DNA of 64,000 nucleotides from Dudresnaya verticillata (taxonomy: Eukaryota), in assembly GCA_977862235.1 (NCBI GenBank), contig OZ374558.1, positions 992,001-1,056,000 of the forward strand, given 5' to 3'. The notes beneath the pieces were generated by a model. It saw only the letters and a program-made list of their open reading frames with translations, ran no database searches and had not been told where the DNA came from. The position numbers and the translations under genes were made by a program. This document shows, piece after piece, positions 12,757 to 23,817 of this stretch (positions are counted from its first letter, which is position 1; the number at the start of each line of letters is the position of its first letter).

Positions 12757-12955
12757 AGCTGTAAGACCAGCTGTGCCACGCACGCGCAGCTGTAAGACCA
12801 GCTGCGTCACGTGTGAACTGCTGTGCGCACGCTGTCAGCCGGTGGCGCCGAAGCCCCACTGAACTGTAAGGAAGTGCGCAGTGGCAAGCGCAGCTGTAAC
12901 ACCAGCTGCGCCATGTGTGCACTGCTGTGCGCACGCTGTCAGCCGGTGGCGCCGA
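12757..12955. repeat. Tandem repeat (~104-bp unit) interrupted by an LTR remnant, resuming at 13914
   Basis: GCTGTGCGCACGCTGTCAGCCGGTGGCGCCGA occurs twice; its continuation CCGAAGCCCCrCTGAACTGTAAGGAAGTGCGCAGTGGC is at 12848 and 13914. Confidence 0.8.
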
Positions 12956-13052
12956 GGGTTTCGGTACCGGCGAATCGCGACGACTCGGAGCGTGAGACAT
13001 CGTGTCTCGGATAGAAACGAATTACGAATAAATGCGAGACTTCGGGACCACG

Positions 13053-13070
13053 TTCTAGGTCGGGAGACCA
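13053..13070 (-). other. Primer-binding site (tRNA-Tyr-like) of truncated LTR element
   Basis: Minus strand TGGTCTCCCGACCTAGAA, 1 nt from the LTR end; identical to 35824-35841. Confidence 0.85.
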
Positions 13071-13071
13071 G

Positions 13072-13913
13072 TGTGGTATAACGAAGTCCACGGAGACGCG
13101 AGGAAGTCTCGCACTGTAAGGAATGGCCTCGGAGCCTAACGAATGGCCTCGTAGCCTAACGGAGAAACGAAAAGGGGTGGTAGTGTGGTAGAGCGGAGCG
13201 ACCAACACGAAGGACCACGGTGTCAACGTATTCGTGTGCGGAAGGGAGAACTCGAGCGATCGATCACCGGGGATGACTCCGGGTGCGCGGGGCTATCGAA
13301 AGCGAGGCTCGACCGTATCCGCGGTCACGAAGACGAAGACACCGAACTCGAAGAAACAGGCGTTTACCGAAGACTCCGAGGTCCGGGCGCTAGTCGCTTA
13401 CCGGAAACCCTCGGAGGTTGTGCCAGACGACTGGCTAAGTAGTACTACGTGAACACGAATGCGCGTCAAGGCGGGAGGCGGTTGGTACTCGAATGATTTG
13501 TAACGGCCTCGGTGCCAACGAACGGTCGCCTCACGTATGGTGGCGGTTGCGAATTGCGCCAGCGATGCATACGGAGGTGCGCGTGTCTCGTAGGCCCGGT
13601 GCCGTTACCTACGGGAAACAACCGGAAAGTCACGAAGGTGTCAGCGATTTCGTATCGGGTGCGCACTGTAATGCGAATGCCATCGTGGCGCGCGCGATCA
13701 CGAGGTCAGCTCGGAATTCGTCCGGAGGTGTCAGAGATTTCGTATCGCGTGCGTGCTGTAATGCGAATGCCATCGTGGCGCGCGCACAGTATGCGCACTG
13801 TAATACGTTTGCCATCGTGGCGTGCGCATTCACGGAGTCATTTCGAAATTCGTATTTCTCGATTATTTTCACGTAGACCACGGAGTCATTTCACGAATAG
13901 CGTCTATACCACA
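13072..13913 (-). mobile_element. 5' LTR (842 bp) of a truncated LTR retrotransposon
   Basis: TGTGGTATA...TATACCACA 9-bp terminal inverted repeat, adjacent PBS, related copy at 63543-64000. Confidence 0.85.
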
Positions 13914-14226
13914 CCGAAGCCCCGCTGAACTGTAAGGAAGTGCGCAGTGGCGCCCGCGTGTGCACGCGTACGCGTGTGACACTGAAACTCCCATGTAATT
14001 TCTACGTTTATTGTTTTGTAGTGTAAAGCACCGTCGAGTGTAAGCGGCGGTCGAATGCCCTGCTGTGCTGCGCGCTGCGGGCACGCACTCCGGCGCAGAG
14101 CCGTTGAGTGCGTGACACGCGCGCGCGCACTCCGCCGTCGAGCAGTTGAGTACGTGTGGACCGTTTCGCCCACGCGCGCCCCCGGGTTACCGTTACCCGT
14201 ACGCGTCGACGCGTGTTGGGGCGCGT

Positions 14227-14276
14227 CGGCGCACCTCTCGAGTTGGTGCCGCCGCAGGCCCTGTAGTATATCTAGT
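14227..14276 (+). other. Candidate Helitron 3' terminus
   Basis: Imperfect hairpin CGGCGCACC...GGTGCCGCCG followed 17 nt later by CTAG|T. Confidence 0.4.
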
Positions 14277-14652
14277 AGTCGCCCCTCTGGGCTTCAGTAA
14301 ACCAGGCAAGCCAGCCTACGCCAGGATTGGCCTTTCTGCATTGTGTTTCTTTCCCAGTCCTTCGCCCTACGGCTTCCCTCTTCCCCTAGCCGCCTAGGAT
14401 TTCCTTTTGCTCTTCCCACCGTCGGCTTCGTGCCGGCCCACGACGGGGACGCAGGTATCCGGCCGCTGCCGCCCACGTACGGTACGCACCGTGCGCGCTC
14501 AGGCCTCGACTCCGTTGATCCGCGACCGTCGACGGCGCGCGCGGCCGATATCGCCGCTCTACCACCACTGTGGCAACCACCGCTACCACCCTTTGATGGG
14601 TCTGGGTGAGACTACAAGACCAGCCGCGCTAGACGTCAGTTCGACCTGACGT

Positions 14653-14993
14653 CTATGCCACACTTTGCAGTGGATTTATACCGGGCTTTCCAACCCCATC
14701 AAAGCGTCTACTGAATATTCCTCTTCCTTGAAGGCTGTCCAAAATGCGATCAAACAGAGCCCTGGACATACGAAACCTCCTCTGAAAGTCTTGTCGGGAG
14801 TAGCGCGGACAGGAACCGAAGTAGTCTTGATTGAGACGTTCTACAGCTCCATCAAAGTCGCGAGTTTGTTACGGCGCCGTCCAGGTTGCGATCCACGTCG
14901 AAGCTGCGTTCGAAGTGCTTCTGTTCCCGGTAGAATGCCCGTCGCAATCAGGTACGCGATGTTTTCGTCATCGTTTGACCAGCCGTCGTCCAT
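14653..14993 (-). pseudogene. PIF/Harbinger transposase N-terminal fragment (absent from ORF track)
   Basis: MDDGW...RRGSQPGRRRNK, frameshift near 14863, then RDFDGAVERLNQDYFGSCPRYSRQDFQRRFRMSRALFDRIL...FDGVGKPGINPLQ, matching the Harbinger DYF..P.Y...F.RRFRM.R.LF pattern. Confidence 0.85.
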
Positions 14994-15154
14994 ACTGGAG
15001 GCAAATAGATCAGTGCTCTTCGCTAGAGTTCGGACCTGCTTGATTAAGAGAGGGATTTTTATTTGGAACAGACTTATTCCTCAAACCAATACAATTATGC
15101 CACGTGCACGTAGAATTTCCATTAGATCACGGAATAGCTCTCTACGGTAGAGAT

Positions 15155-15369
15155 GGGGATGCCCCATGGCACCCGGGGTGGGACGGGTTTCAATCAACTT
15201 CGTCTCCAGCTCTATGATTGGCTTATACGGCTTCGTCCTCACCTCCCCATTCGCTAATAAAGCGGCATCCTCATACTCCCATCTCCACCAATGACCGCGT
15301 GCCAGTTCGATTCGTCCTCACGGAAAGACACGTGTCCTGCCTCTCAGCCATCCATCTCCGCCACGGCGC
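15155..15369 (+). repeat. MULE left terminal inverted repeat
   Basis: GGGGATGCCCCATGGCACCCGGGG...CCACGGCGC; reverse complement of 37084-37298 with few mismatches. Confidence 0.95.
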
Positions 15370-15704
15370 ACACTCCTTACAGCGGTCCTCGCCCTCGGCG
15401 CACACTCCTGACAGCCGCCCTCGTCCCCGGCGTAAACCCCTAAAACCCGGCGTAACACGTTACATGGCGTAACGTTACGGGGACGGCTACAAGATTTGAA
15501 ATCGCAAAGCGGTCAGCACGCGGTGTACCTGCCATGCGCATTCCCGGATCAATATCAGTCGCCGTGCCCACCCCCCCGCAGCATCCGCGTCAGCAGTTTC
15601 CGTGGGCCTGCCTTCGCTTCGCCGCCGCCCCGTCTCACGCCCCCCGTCTGCACCGCCTAGCTAGGCGGCCTGCTGCCGATTGCGTCGCATTCTGAATCGT
15701 CACA

Positions 15705-16598
15705 ATGTCGTACGGCCGGCAGCTGCGAACAACCATCAACCCCACTGCCGACGGGCCGTCAGAATGGCAATCTACCCGATCGAAACGGGAAACTGCGCTG
15801 GATATATTGTCAACCGCAGAATGCATCCGCTCGAAGGCAGACAAGGCCCTGTTCGAGCAGGTTTTCGATAATGCAGCACGAACGGGAAACCTGAGGGACA
15901 GTGCGCATTGGCTAAATGCAATCTACAGCCACTCGATGCTAAACACCCTTTTCATGCAGCTGTCCGTTCACGCAATGGCGTTGCCCCCATCTGTCATTGT
16001 CGCGCCCCAGCGCCTCTCAGGGTTTCTGCTCCAACAATCGCGATCGAACTACGACCGAATTGACATCGTAGAAGAAGCAGCTTTCGTGGGTAAGCTCGTC
16101 CGCGCCAGCACGGAACGTCGTTCACGCCTTCTATTTCCACTGTCAGATGGGATTCATTGGACAACCGCTCAAGTGGACATTATCTTCGATACCACGACTG
16201 CAGACCAGGCTACAAGACTTTCGAAGGGTACCGGTACACTTTATTGGGGTGATAGTCTTGGCCAGTCGCCTCTTTCCGGTACTGCAAAACAAGTTCTCAG
16301 ACTGTTGTTCGAGATGTTAGGCTCTGAATTCGGGCAGGTTCGAGTACAGACCTGTCAGCACAACTGGATAACTCACCGCAAGCATTTAGGTTTTGGAAAG
16401 CAGCGCGATGGCTACAGCTGTGGATTCTACATTATTGCAGCTTACTTGTCTCTTTGTCCTGAAGAATCGCGGGCGAAGCTCCGACATCTCGCTGGAATTG
16501 CGGATAGTACCTACAATCCGCATTATAGTCCAGCAGTTACTGCAAAGATTCGCGAGGCTTGCATTCGAATCGTTTGTGACTTTATCAAGGAGACATGA
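15705..16598 (+). CDS. Ulp1/SENP-like C48 cysteine protease domain
   Basis: LLFPLSDGIHW (His), YWGDSLG (Asp), KQRDGYSCGFYI (Gln, Cys) in canonical order; the TGA is followed by an in-frame continuation. Confidence 0.88.
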   Translation: MSYGRQLRTTINPTADGPSEWQSTRSKRETALDILSTAECIRSKADKALFEQVFDNAARTGNLRDSAHWLNAIYSHSMLNTLFMQLSVHAMALPPSVIVAPQRLSGFLLQQSRSNYDRIDIVEEAAFVGKLVRASTERRSRLLFPLSDGIHWTTAQVDIIFDTTTADQATRLSKGTGTLYWGDSLGQSPLSGTAKQVLRLLFEMLGSEFGQVRVQTCQHNWITHRKHLGFGKQRDGYSCGFYIIAAYLSLCPEESRAKLRHLAGIADSTYNPHYSPAVTAKIREACIRIVCDFIKET

Positions 16599-16613
16599 GC
16601 GAACTCGTCTCCT

Positions 16614-18574
16614 ATGGACTGCACCAACCTCGACAAGCGCGTTAGGGCGCGGCTTTCGTCGTTGTGGAGGTTTCCTGTGGATGAAATTCGGGACAACCGT
16701 CCAGTGGAAGTGACTTCCGATTCTGAAAGGAACGCCGCCGAGATCAAGCAGGTGATAAGAAAAAGATGGGAGTCACACGCTCTCGCTGCAGCGTCAAGCG
16801 CTCTGCGGCACCAGTGCACCGCAGGGTCCGCCGTCCTGCAAGGACTTGAATGCACAAAAATTACTGGTTCAGCGCTTCCACCGGTTTCAGCGCCGATATC
16901 GCTCGGCTCCGACCCTGACCCTGTACTGCCGCGGCCACAGAACGGCTCAGAGAAGGAGAGAATCGTTCATTCTCCAACGGAGAAATCCCCGGATCGGCAA
17001 ATGCCACCGGTAAGGGCTCGCGCAAACAGCGCGCGAGTCTCGCCCACGCAACGCGTAGCGGCAAAGAGGAGGGGACTCCCGCTTCGCTTCTCTCCCCTCC
17101 CGAATTTGTTCAGTGATGACGAATCGCTATCGCCTCTCAGAACGTCAGGGCCGCCTCGTACCACTCCTCGCAGTCTGACTTCGTCCTCGTCCTCGGAAAG
17201 CGACACGGACAGCTCCGACAGCGAGGTCCTCGACCTCACCGGGGATACGAATGATGTTCCCGACACATATCCTACAACTGGAAGGGCCAGAACTGGCAAT
17301 GCACTACCACAAATACAACTTTCCATTACCGGCTTGCGAGCAGCCCATCCAAGAGATAGCGGCCCAGAAGCTCCGCCACCCTCAGCCCCTATCCTAGCTC
17401 CAGCTGCAGGATCAGAGCGGCACAGAAGGGATAAGAACATGACGTTTTACTTCCTAGGTACAACCACGAATTACGCAGAGTATGCGGCCTCTTTTGCACG
17501 CCTCGGGTTCTTTTTCACCAAAACGTACGTTCGACGTGTGGACAACGACAGCTCCGACTACGGCTGGAAAGTGCGCTTTCGATGCCTGCGCAATCAATCT
17601 CCGCTACCGGGTGCACCTCAGTGCGATGTTTCCTTTATTTGTGACCGCGTCGCGGAAAGCAGGACGTGGGAGGTGTGGTCTCACTCTGCTTCTGTTCACA
17701 ATCAACACAATCACTCCCCTGAAACCTCCAACAAGCGCCACACATATGACACCAAACTGGATGAGTTTTTATTTACAGGGATATTCGGCTTCGCCGCGTC
17801 CTCAACGTGGGGGCTCTGCCTCCCATCCCTGTGGTTGTCCTGTCTTCAACTGGATCCGATGGTAGCATGGGAGCTCCGACACCACAGGTCGGCACGGCCT
17901 CCATATCGCCTCTGCGCACTTCCGTTTCCTCCTTGCAGGTCACACCACCAACAGACAGTATGGAAGAAGATCCAGTAGTGAACCCGTGTCAGGGGGAAGG
18001 GAGAAGTTCGGACGACGGAGGGACAATATCTCTACCGCAGGGTGACGAGCGGCTTGAAGTACTACCGTGTTCGACTCCATCAGGAGACGTGCGCTCCACT
18101 TTGCAGTCGTTTGTGCAGGCATTGCGGCCAGGTACGCCTGGCAAACACGTGAAGGAAGGAATCTAGTTCATCTCTGAGAGCTCTGGATTGGACATGGTGG
18201 TGAGGAGGTCAGACTACGTCACAGCTAACGGGGTGAGGGTCCTCAACCGATGTTCGTTTTTCTGTGCACGACAGGTTTCGGAGGGATGCAAGTTCTATGT
18301 TCGTCTGAGCAGTGCGGTTATATCAACGATAACAGACCGCTCAGGAAATGTCTCGCAGGAAAGAAAGTATTACATCCGTGTCGGAGACGGGGATCATACA
18401 CACAGACCCGCCACCAAAATGCTTAAGGCCCGTCTCCCCCCTCACGTGTTCCAGGAGGCCGACGAGATGCATAACAAAGCGTTTGTGTCGTTTTTGGATG
18501 TCGTCCGCTTCCTCGAGCGAAAGTATGGCTTCACGTGCGATAAGCGAGCATTGCAGAAGCGCTTAAGTAGATAA
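16614..18574 (+). pseudogene. Ser/Pro-rich linker and two WRKY/GCM1/FAR1-like zinc fingers of the MULE protein
   Basis: RFRCLR...QCDVSF...HNQHNH and FFCAR...GCKFYVRL...DHTH; frameshift near 17766 and TAG at 18164. Confidence 0.7.
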
Positions 18575-18606
18575 GCTCACATGGAAAGCCCAAAGAGCTG
18601 GCTGCG

Positions 18607-20979
18607 ATGCGGCTTGTTCAGAACATCATGTCCCTTCGCAATGACGACGTCGGCGCGTTCTGTCATGTTACCCGGCTGGATGACAGCGGTCGTATGCAAG
18701 CTATAGTGTGGGCGTTTTCGGAGTGGAAAGCAGACTACTACAAGTACGGGGTCGTCCCTGGTATCTCCATCGATTGCAAATACAAAGGGAATGATTACAT
18801 GATGAACTTGGTAACAATGAATGGCCGCACAAACTGCGGTAAAGTCTTTACTGTGATGATGGGCTTCCTGGCAGATGAAACGAAGGAGACGTTTACTTGG
18901 CTCTTCCGTAAGTTCAAGGAGTGCTACGGCTCAGCTCTCCCTGCCATAGTCGCCATGGATCAAAGCAGTGCGTGTATGCCTTGTCGTGCTGTTCCACCTT
19001 CGTCGTACGTCACTCTGGACGAATGGCATTTGAATCAAAATCAGAAGGGTAACGTCATGAGCTATCTCCAGAAGATCGCAAGGGTCCCGTTGTATACTCA
19101 GATGGCCGGCAACTTGTCCATCATGCGACGATCGTCTACTGTGGCCTCCTACCGGCAACGCCGAGATGCTTTTGAGGCGAAGTACTTCCATGCTTTCAAC
19201 AACACGTTCCCCAGGCGGTACATTTACCTCTACCAATCGGAAGCATCGACACTAATTGACTGCTACAACAAGAAGGCTTGCGACCCTCGTTTCCTCTTTC
19301 AAGGCAGCGGTTACACGGAATCTTCTAACTCCGAATACCGAGAGATAATTTGTGGGAAGAAAGTAGCTATGGATCTCGTACCGAGAGTAATGCGTGATGT
19401 AACAAGGAAGCGCAGGGTAGCTCGCCTTGCTGACAAGGTCAGGATACGTTCGGCGACGTACTGTACCAAGTTTTCCAGCAGCCTCGGAATGGACCCGGCG
19501 CGGACAGGTCTGTTCTGCAACAAGTACACAAAATACGCATTAGACATGTTCTACAAGTTCAGTGTTACGCGAGCAAGGAACTACACTGTTCTGGAGTGCT
19601 TTGCAGAGACAAGGGACCTCTCTCACGTGCGGATGCACCCTTTGGGGCTGCCGGTTGATGGAAATAACATTGTTGCTGTGTTCAGAGTCGGTTGGCGAGG
19701 TGTTGCCGCAGCCCCATCTCCGCCTCCGCCCACGCCACCGCCTCCTCCACGACCCGCAACAGGAACGCAGCCAAGTACTGCCGTGGTGCACCCTATACTG
19801 TCCTCTCTCCCAGTAATGAACATGAGGAGAGCCAACTTGCTCAGCGCCATTGTAGGCGTCAGTCAGCGGCTGCAACGCCGGGGTGCAGAGGGAAGCTCGA
19901 ATACACACAGTGTGCTTCAACACGCCCGTCGTCACCCTCAATTACACTCAAACGACGTCCACGACAATACAGTTGGTGGTGAGCAGCATGACCAACCTGC
20001 TGCCCACTCCAACACGCCGCAGATGCGCGCTCCTACTGAGTCGGAAGGAAATGCGAGAACGACAACCGTTGAAGCTCACGACGATGCGACTGAAATTGCG
20101 GAGGCGCTAGTTCAGCTTGAGGAGGAGCATCCACTGCTCGACTACAACGTCAGCTATGAGGTCGTGGTGCTGAGGGTTGCTGAACGAGTCAAGTACACAT
20201 GCACTTGCAGACTTGCGCTGAGCGCGGGTTTCCCCTGCCCCCACGTCGTGCGTGTAGCTCTGGTTTATGACGAACTACGGGTGACTAGACCTGCCGTGGG
20301 ACGCGCCATTGGGAACTCCATTCCCATAGAGACCTTGTTTCACCCCTACTGGTGTCGGGATTCTTCGAATTGGAACGAGGGAGACGTGAGGCAGCAGCGA
20401 CTGCGCATCTTCGAGGATTGGAGGCGGAGAAATGCGCTGGGAACGGATGTTGGCCAAGTCTTGAATGCTGTTGCAGAGGAAGTTCTCAATCGTGGAAACG
20501 AGGACGTTGTTGTGTCGACTGAGGCAGCACTCGGGGGCGAGGACGACGCCGAGATGGATGCTGAGGCATTGAAAAACCTCATCAGAACGGAAGCACGTTT
20601 ACACGAGACTTGGGCGGGGGCATCCAGCCTTTGCAACGAGATGCATAAGCTTGCTTCCAACTCTGGCCCAAATGCCGTTCAAGACCTTATGTCGTACCTT
20701 CGACATGGATTGGATCAGCTGCGTGATGGACGCACACCCTTACCGGCACAAGTGAGAGGAATTGTATCCAGTGCAGCGAGGGGTCCCGTTAGACTTACTG
20801 ACATCGACGTAGTAGGGAATACCGAGATCGCAATCAACAACCCGAACCAAGTCAGAGGGCGACGTGGGAGAGGGCAACAAAGGGTCAGGTCCGCCCTTGA
20901 ACGACCGAGAAGAAGGAGGCGCCTCAGTGAGAATGGGGACGCCTCCCAAGAGTTTACGCAGCCTCAATCGCAAACTTGA
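18607..20979 (+). CDS. MULE DDE transposase with SWIM zinc finger
   Basis: ISIDCKY, GFLADETKETFTWLF, VAMDQS, LDEWH, TESSNS; SWIM CTC...GFPCPH. Confidence 0.92.
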   Translation: MRLVQNIMSLRNDDVGAFCHVTRLDDSGRMQAIVWAFSEWKADYYKYGVVPGISIDCKYKGNDYMMNLVTMNGRTNCGKVFTVMMGFLADETKETFTWLFRKFKECYGSALPAIVAMDQSSACMPCRAVPPSSYVTLDEWHLNQNQKGNVMSYLQKIARVPLYTQMAGNLSIMRRSSTVASYRQRRDAFEAKYFHAFNNTFPRRYIYLYQSEASTLIDCYNKKACDPRFLFQGSGYTESSNSEYREIICGKKVAMDLVPRVMRDVTRKRRVARLADKVRIRSATYCTKFSSSLGMDPARTGLFCNKYTKYALDMFYKFSVTRARNYTVLECFAETRDLSHVRMHPLGLPVDGNNIVAVFRVGWRGVAAAPSPPPPTPPPPPRPATGTQPSTAVVHPILSSLPVMNMRRANLLSAIVGVSQRLQRRGAEGSSNTHSVLQHARRHPQLHSNDVHDNTVGGEQHDQPAAHSNTPQMRAPTESEGNARTTTVEAHDDATEIAEALVQLEEEHPLLDYNVSYEVVVLRVAERVKYTCTCRLALSAGFPCPHVVRVALVYDELRVTRPAVGRAIGNSIPIETLFHPYWCRDSSNWNEGDVRQQRLRIFEDWRRRNALGTDVGQVLNAVAEEVLNRGNEDVVVSTEAALGGEDDAEMDAEALKNLIRTEARLHETWAGASSLCNEMHKLASNSGPNAVQDLMSYLRHGLDQLRDGRTPLPAQVRGIVSSAARGPVRLTDIDVVGNTEIAINNPNQVRGRRGRGQQRVRSALERPRRRRRLSENGDASQEFTQPQSQT

Positions 20980-21096
20980 GTTAATCGAACAAAAATAACT
21001 AACCAATACACCAATAACTAGGATGTAAACAACCGTTTGAAGTTCATAGCACGCAGTCTCAGCACTGATGACAACCCTCCTACACCAACCGAAGTC

Positions 21097-23817
21097 TTAA
21101 GCCTTGGACTTGCTTCGAGTGCGCACTCCAGTACCGGATACAGGGGTACCAGCAGTGCTTGGTACAGAAACAATGGAGCCGGTCTGACGCGGCGTAGCGC
21201 TTTGGGTAGGGGTAGAGTTCATTGCCTCCGATGTAGGCACAGAGTCCGCGAGGGCAGCTGTTCCTTGCATGACAGCGGTCCCCAACTTAGTGGCCACTAG
21301 CGCGTCCGCGCGAAAGGAAGCCGATGCAGAGGAGGAAGTGCATGGAGCGGCAGGATTGCTTCCAGATGGCCTATCTCCGCCAGCAGAATTCTGAACGTCC
21401 TCCACAAGAGCGCTTCTCGGAATGGAAGGAAGGGCGCGGGCGGCCGCAATATCTCCGCGAGTGGGAAGGAATGCTGTTGCTGCGGGCGCGGGAGGCACAA
21501 CGGTGTGAAAGAGTGGCGCAGAAAGCCTCTCCGGTGCCGTGCCTTCCTGCCCAATGGCGGGTTGTGAAGCCGTTCCCAGATCAGCTGAATGGAGAGCACC
21601 CGGTGCATCGGGCACCTGGACCGCAGTCTCGAGACTTGATGCACCCGGCGCAGCTTGTGTCGGGGGAGCTTGAGCAGGCGCAACTGGCGCTGCCGATACA
21701 ACAACGACTGCGGCCTGCGTTTGGGCAGCTGCAGTCTCAGCAGCAACCGCACCTGAGGGTGCAGCTTGAGAGATACCAGTAGGACGCTCAGTTGCAACGG
21801 AATGCGGAACAGCAACTTGCTGCACAATTCTCGAAGCTGCGGGCGCAGTTTGCGCCGGAGCGACTGCAGCATGCACTTGCGCTGGTTGCGCCGGGATGTG
21901 TGCTTGCGCATTTTGCGCGGGATTGAGTGCAGCTTGCACTGGCGCAGCTTGCGCGGGGTTCAGGGCGGCTGGCGCAGCTTGCGCGAGATTGAGTGCAGCT
22001 TGCACTGGCGCAGTTTGCGCGGGGTTCAGGGCTGCTGGCGCAGATTGCGCGGGAATGAGCGCTGCTTGCACTGGCGCAGCTTGCGCGGGGTTGACTGCTG
22101 CTTGCACTGGCGCAGCCTGCGCGGGGTTGAGAGCTGCTTGTACTGGTTCAGGTCTTCCAGCACTGTTGCCTGGAATCTGCATTGCGGGGGCGTTTGCCGC
22201 TCCGCGAGGGTTGGGGTCGGGGGCATTTGCCGCTCCGCCCGAAGCTGCAGCTGCCCTGGCCAGTGCGGCTCTATACAAGTCGCCGGGGCGACGAATAGCC
22301 GGAGGAGGGGACTCCGGGCGTGGGCGAGGAGCCTCTGCTCGCGGGGGCGGCGGGGGAGCGTGCTGGCGGTCTTCGTTCCATCCGCCCCCATTCCTATGGC
22401 CGTCATAGTGCCGGCAATCGTTGTGCTCCCGTCCTCGTCCCAACGTTCCTGTCGACGCCTATCTCCTCGACGTTCCTGTCGTTCGCAATGCCAGTCGCGC
22501 TTCTTTTAACGTCCGTGGGAGTCGTGGCCGCCATGACCAAAGCGCCCGCCGCGCCCCCCTCGGGCGCCGCCTCGTCCACCTCGACCACCCAGTCCCCCAC
22601 GAGGACTTCGGCCAGCATGGCCACCCCGGCCTCCTCCACGGCCACCAGGAGGGGCCCGCGATTGCCTCCATCCCCAGGCCCGTCGTCAAACGAGCGATCC
22701 TCAGACTCGATTGCATCCATTGCTTCCTGATATGTCAATGGCCTGATGGCCTTCTGGGTCTTCTCGCTCCTGACAAATTTGGCGATCATGTCCTGCTGCT
22801 TCATGAGCTTACTGACAGCGACCATGCCTTGCGCCCGCTTCGAGTTGTCAAGGAGCTGATCTTGAACCCATCTGTAGAACTCGACGTGAAGTTTCATGCG
22901 AAAGCGCTCGAGTCTGCGTGCCTGTTCAGACATCTCGAAGCGCCAACGTCCTGTCCTAATGCTAAATTCCTCCACTTCTACCCACCACCCCATGAAGCCA
23001 TCGGTGTAACGATCCATCATGGCGTCGGCAACATCCAGGCCGGGCTCCATCGAGAAGTAGTTCCCGGGCAGGTGATCCAAAACGGGATACCGTGCCACTA
23101 TGATACGAATCTGTTTCTCGAACCACTCCTTCTGTAGATCACTGGCGTTCTTGAGATACTCGCGATCGCGACGATTGCGAGTTTTCTTCGAAGCTAAGCG
23201 GTGTCGCTGGGCCTGGCGCGACGGAGGAACATCGGACAGCAGCGCGGCGCGCAATGGATGCGCACCGTAATCCACAATGTCCTCGATAGGACCGTGGTCC
23301 ATTGCTAACCAAGCGCGAAGGAGCTGCACCTCCTGAGTAGTGAGCGAGCCGTCCACAACTAGCGGAACCTCCGCATTTCCAACGGGGGGCAAGCGACTCT
23401 GCGCGACGGTTTGAGGTTCTCCATAGACATGACTCAACTGCGGAGGCGGCGGGAGCGAGGGCTGCGCTGCAGGAGCAGCAACTGGAGCATGGCGAAGCTG
23501 CGAGTACGGCAGGGGAGGCGCTTGTCCATAAGCTGCAGTCGGCGGTTGCCCGTAGGCTGCTGGCGCCGGAGGTTGAGAAGCGCCTGGCTGCCCGGATGAT
23601 AATGGCGCTGGCGGTGGAGAAGGGCCGGGCTGCCCATACGCAGTTTGGTGAGGGGCGATACCCTGGTGCTGAATATGCCAAAACGGAGCACCTAGTGCAG
23701 GGGCTTGAGCCAGGCTGGAAGGCGGCGGAACCTCAGTGCGGCCTCTATGGCCACGTCGAGGGCTTGCATCACGTCGGCTGCGGCGCGCGTTTTCATCGCG
23801 GCCGCGCGGAGAGTAGG
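21097..23817 (-). pseudogene. MULE accessory ORF, 3' part (RS-rich, Pro-rich, unknown core, RGG, Ala/Gln/Pro repeats)
   Basis: ORFs 22403-23866 and 21097-22443 overlap and need frameshifts; joins in frame to 36437-36754 once the gypsy element is removed. Confidence 0.7.
21910..22145 (-). repeat. 36/30-bp coding tandem repeat (AAPVQAALNPAQ)
   Basis: About seven units visible in DNA and translation. Confidence 0.85.

Noticed and set aside
14665..15150. 161-aa plus-strand ORF
   Set aside because: Antisense shadow of the Harbinger transposase fragment.
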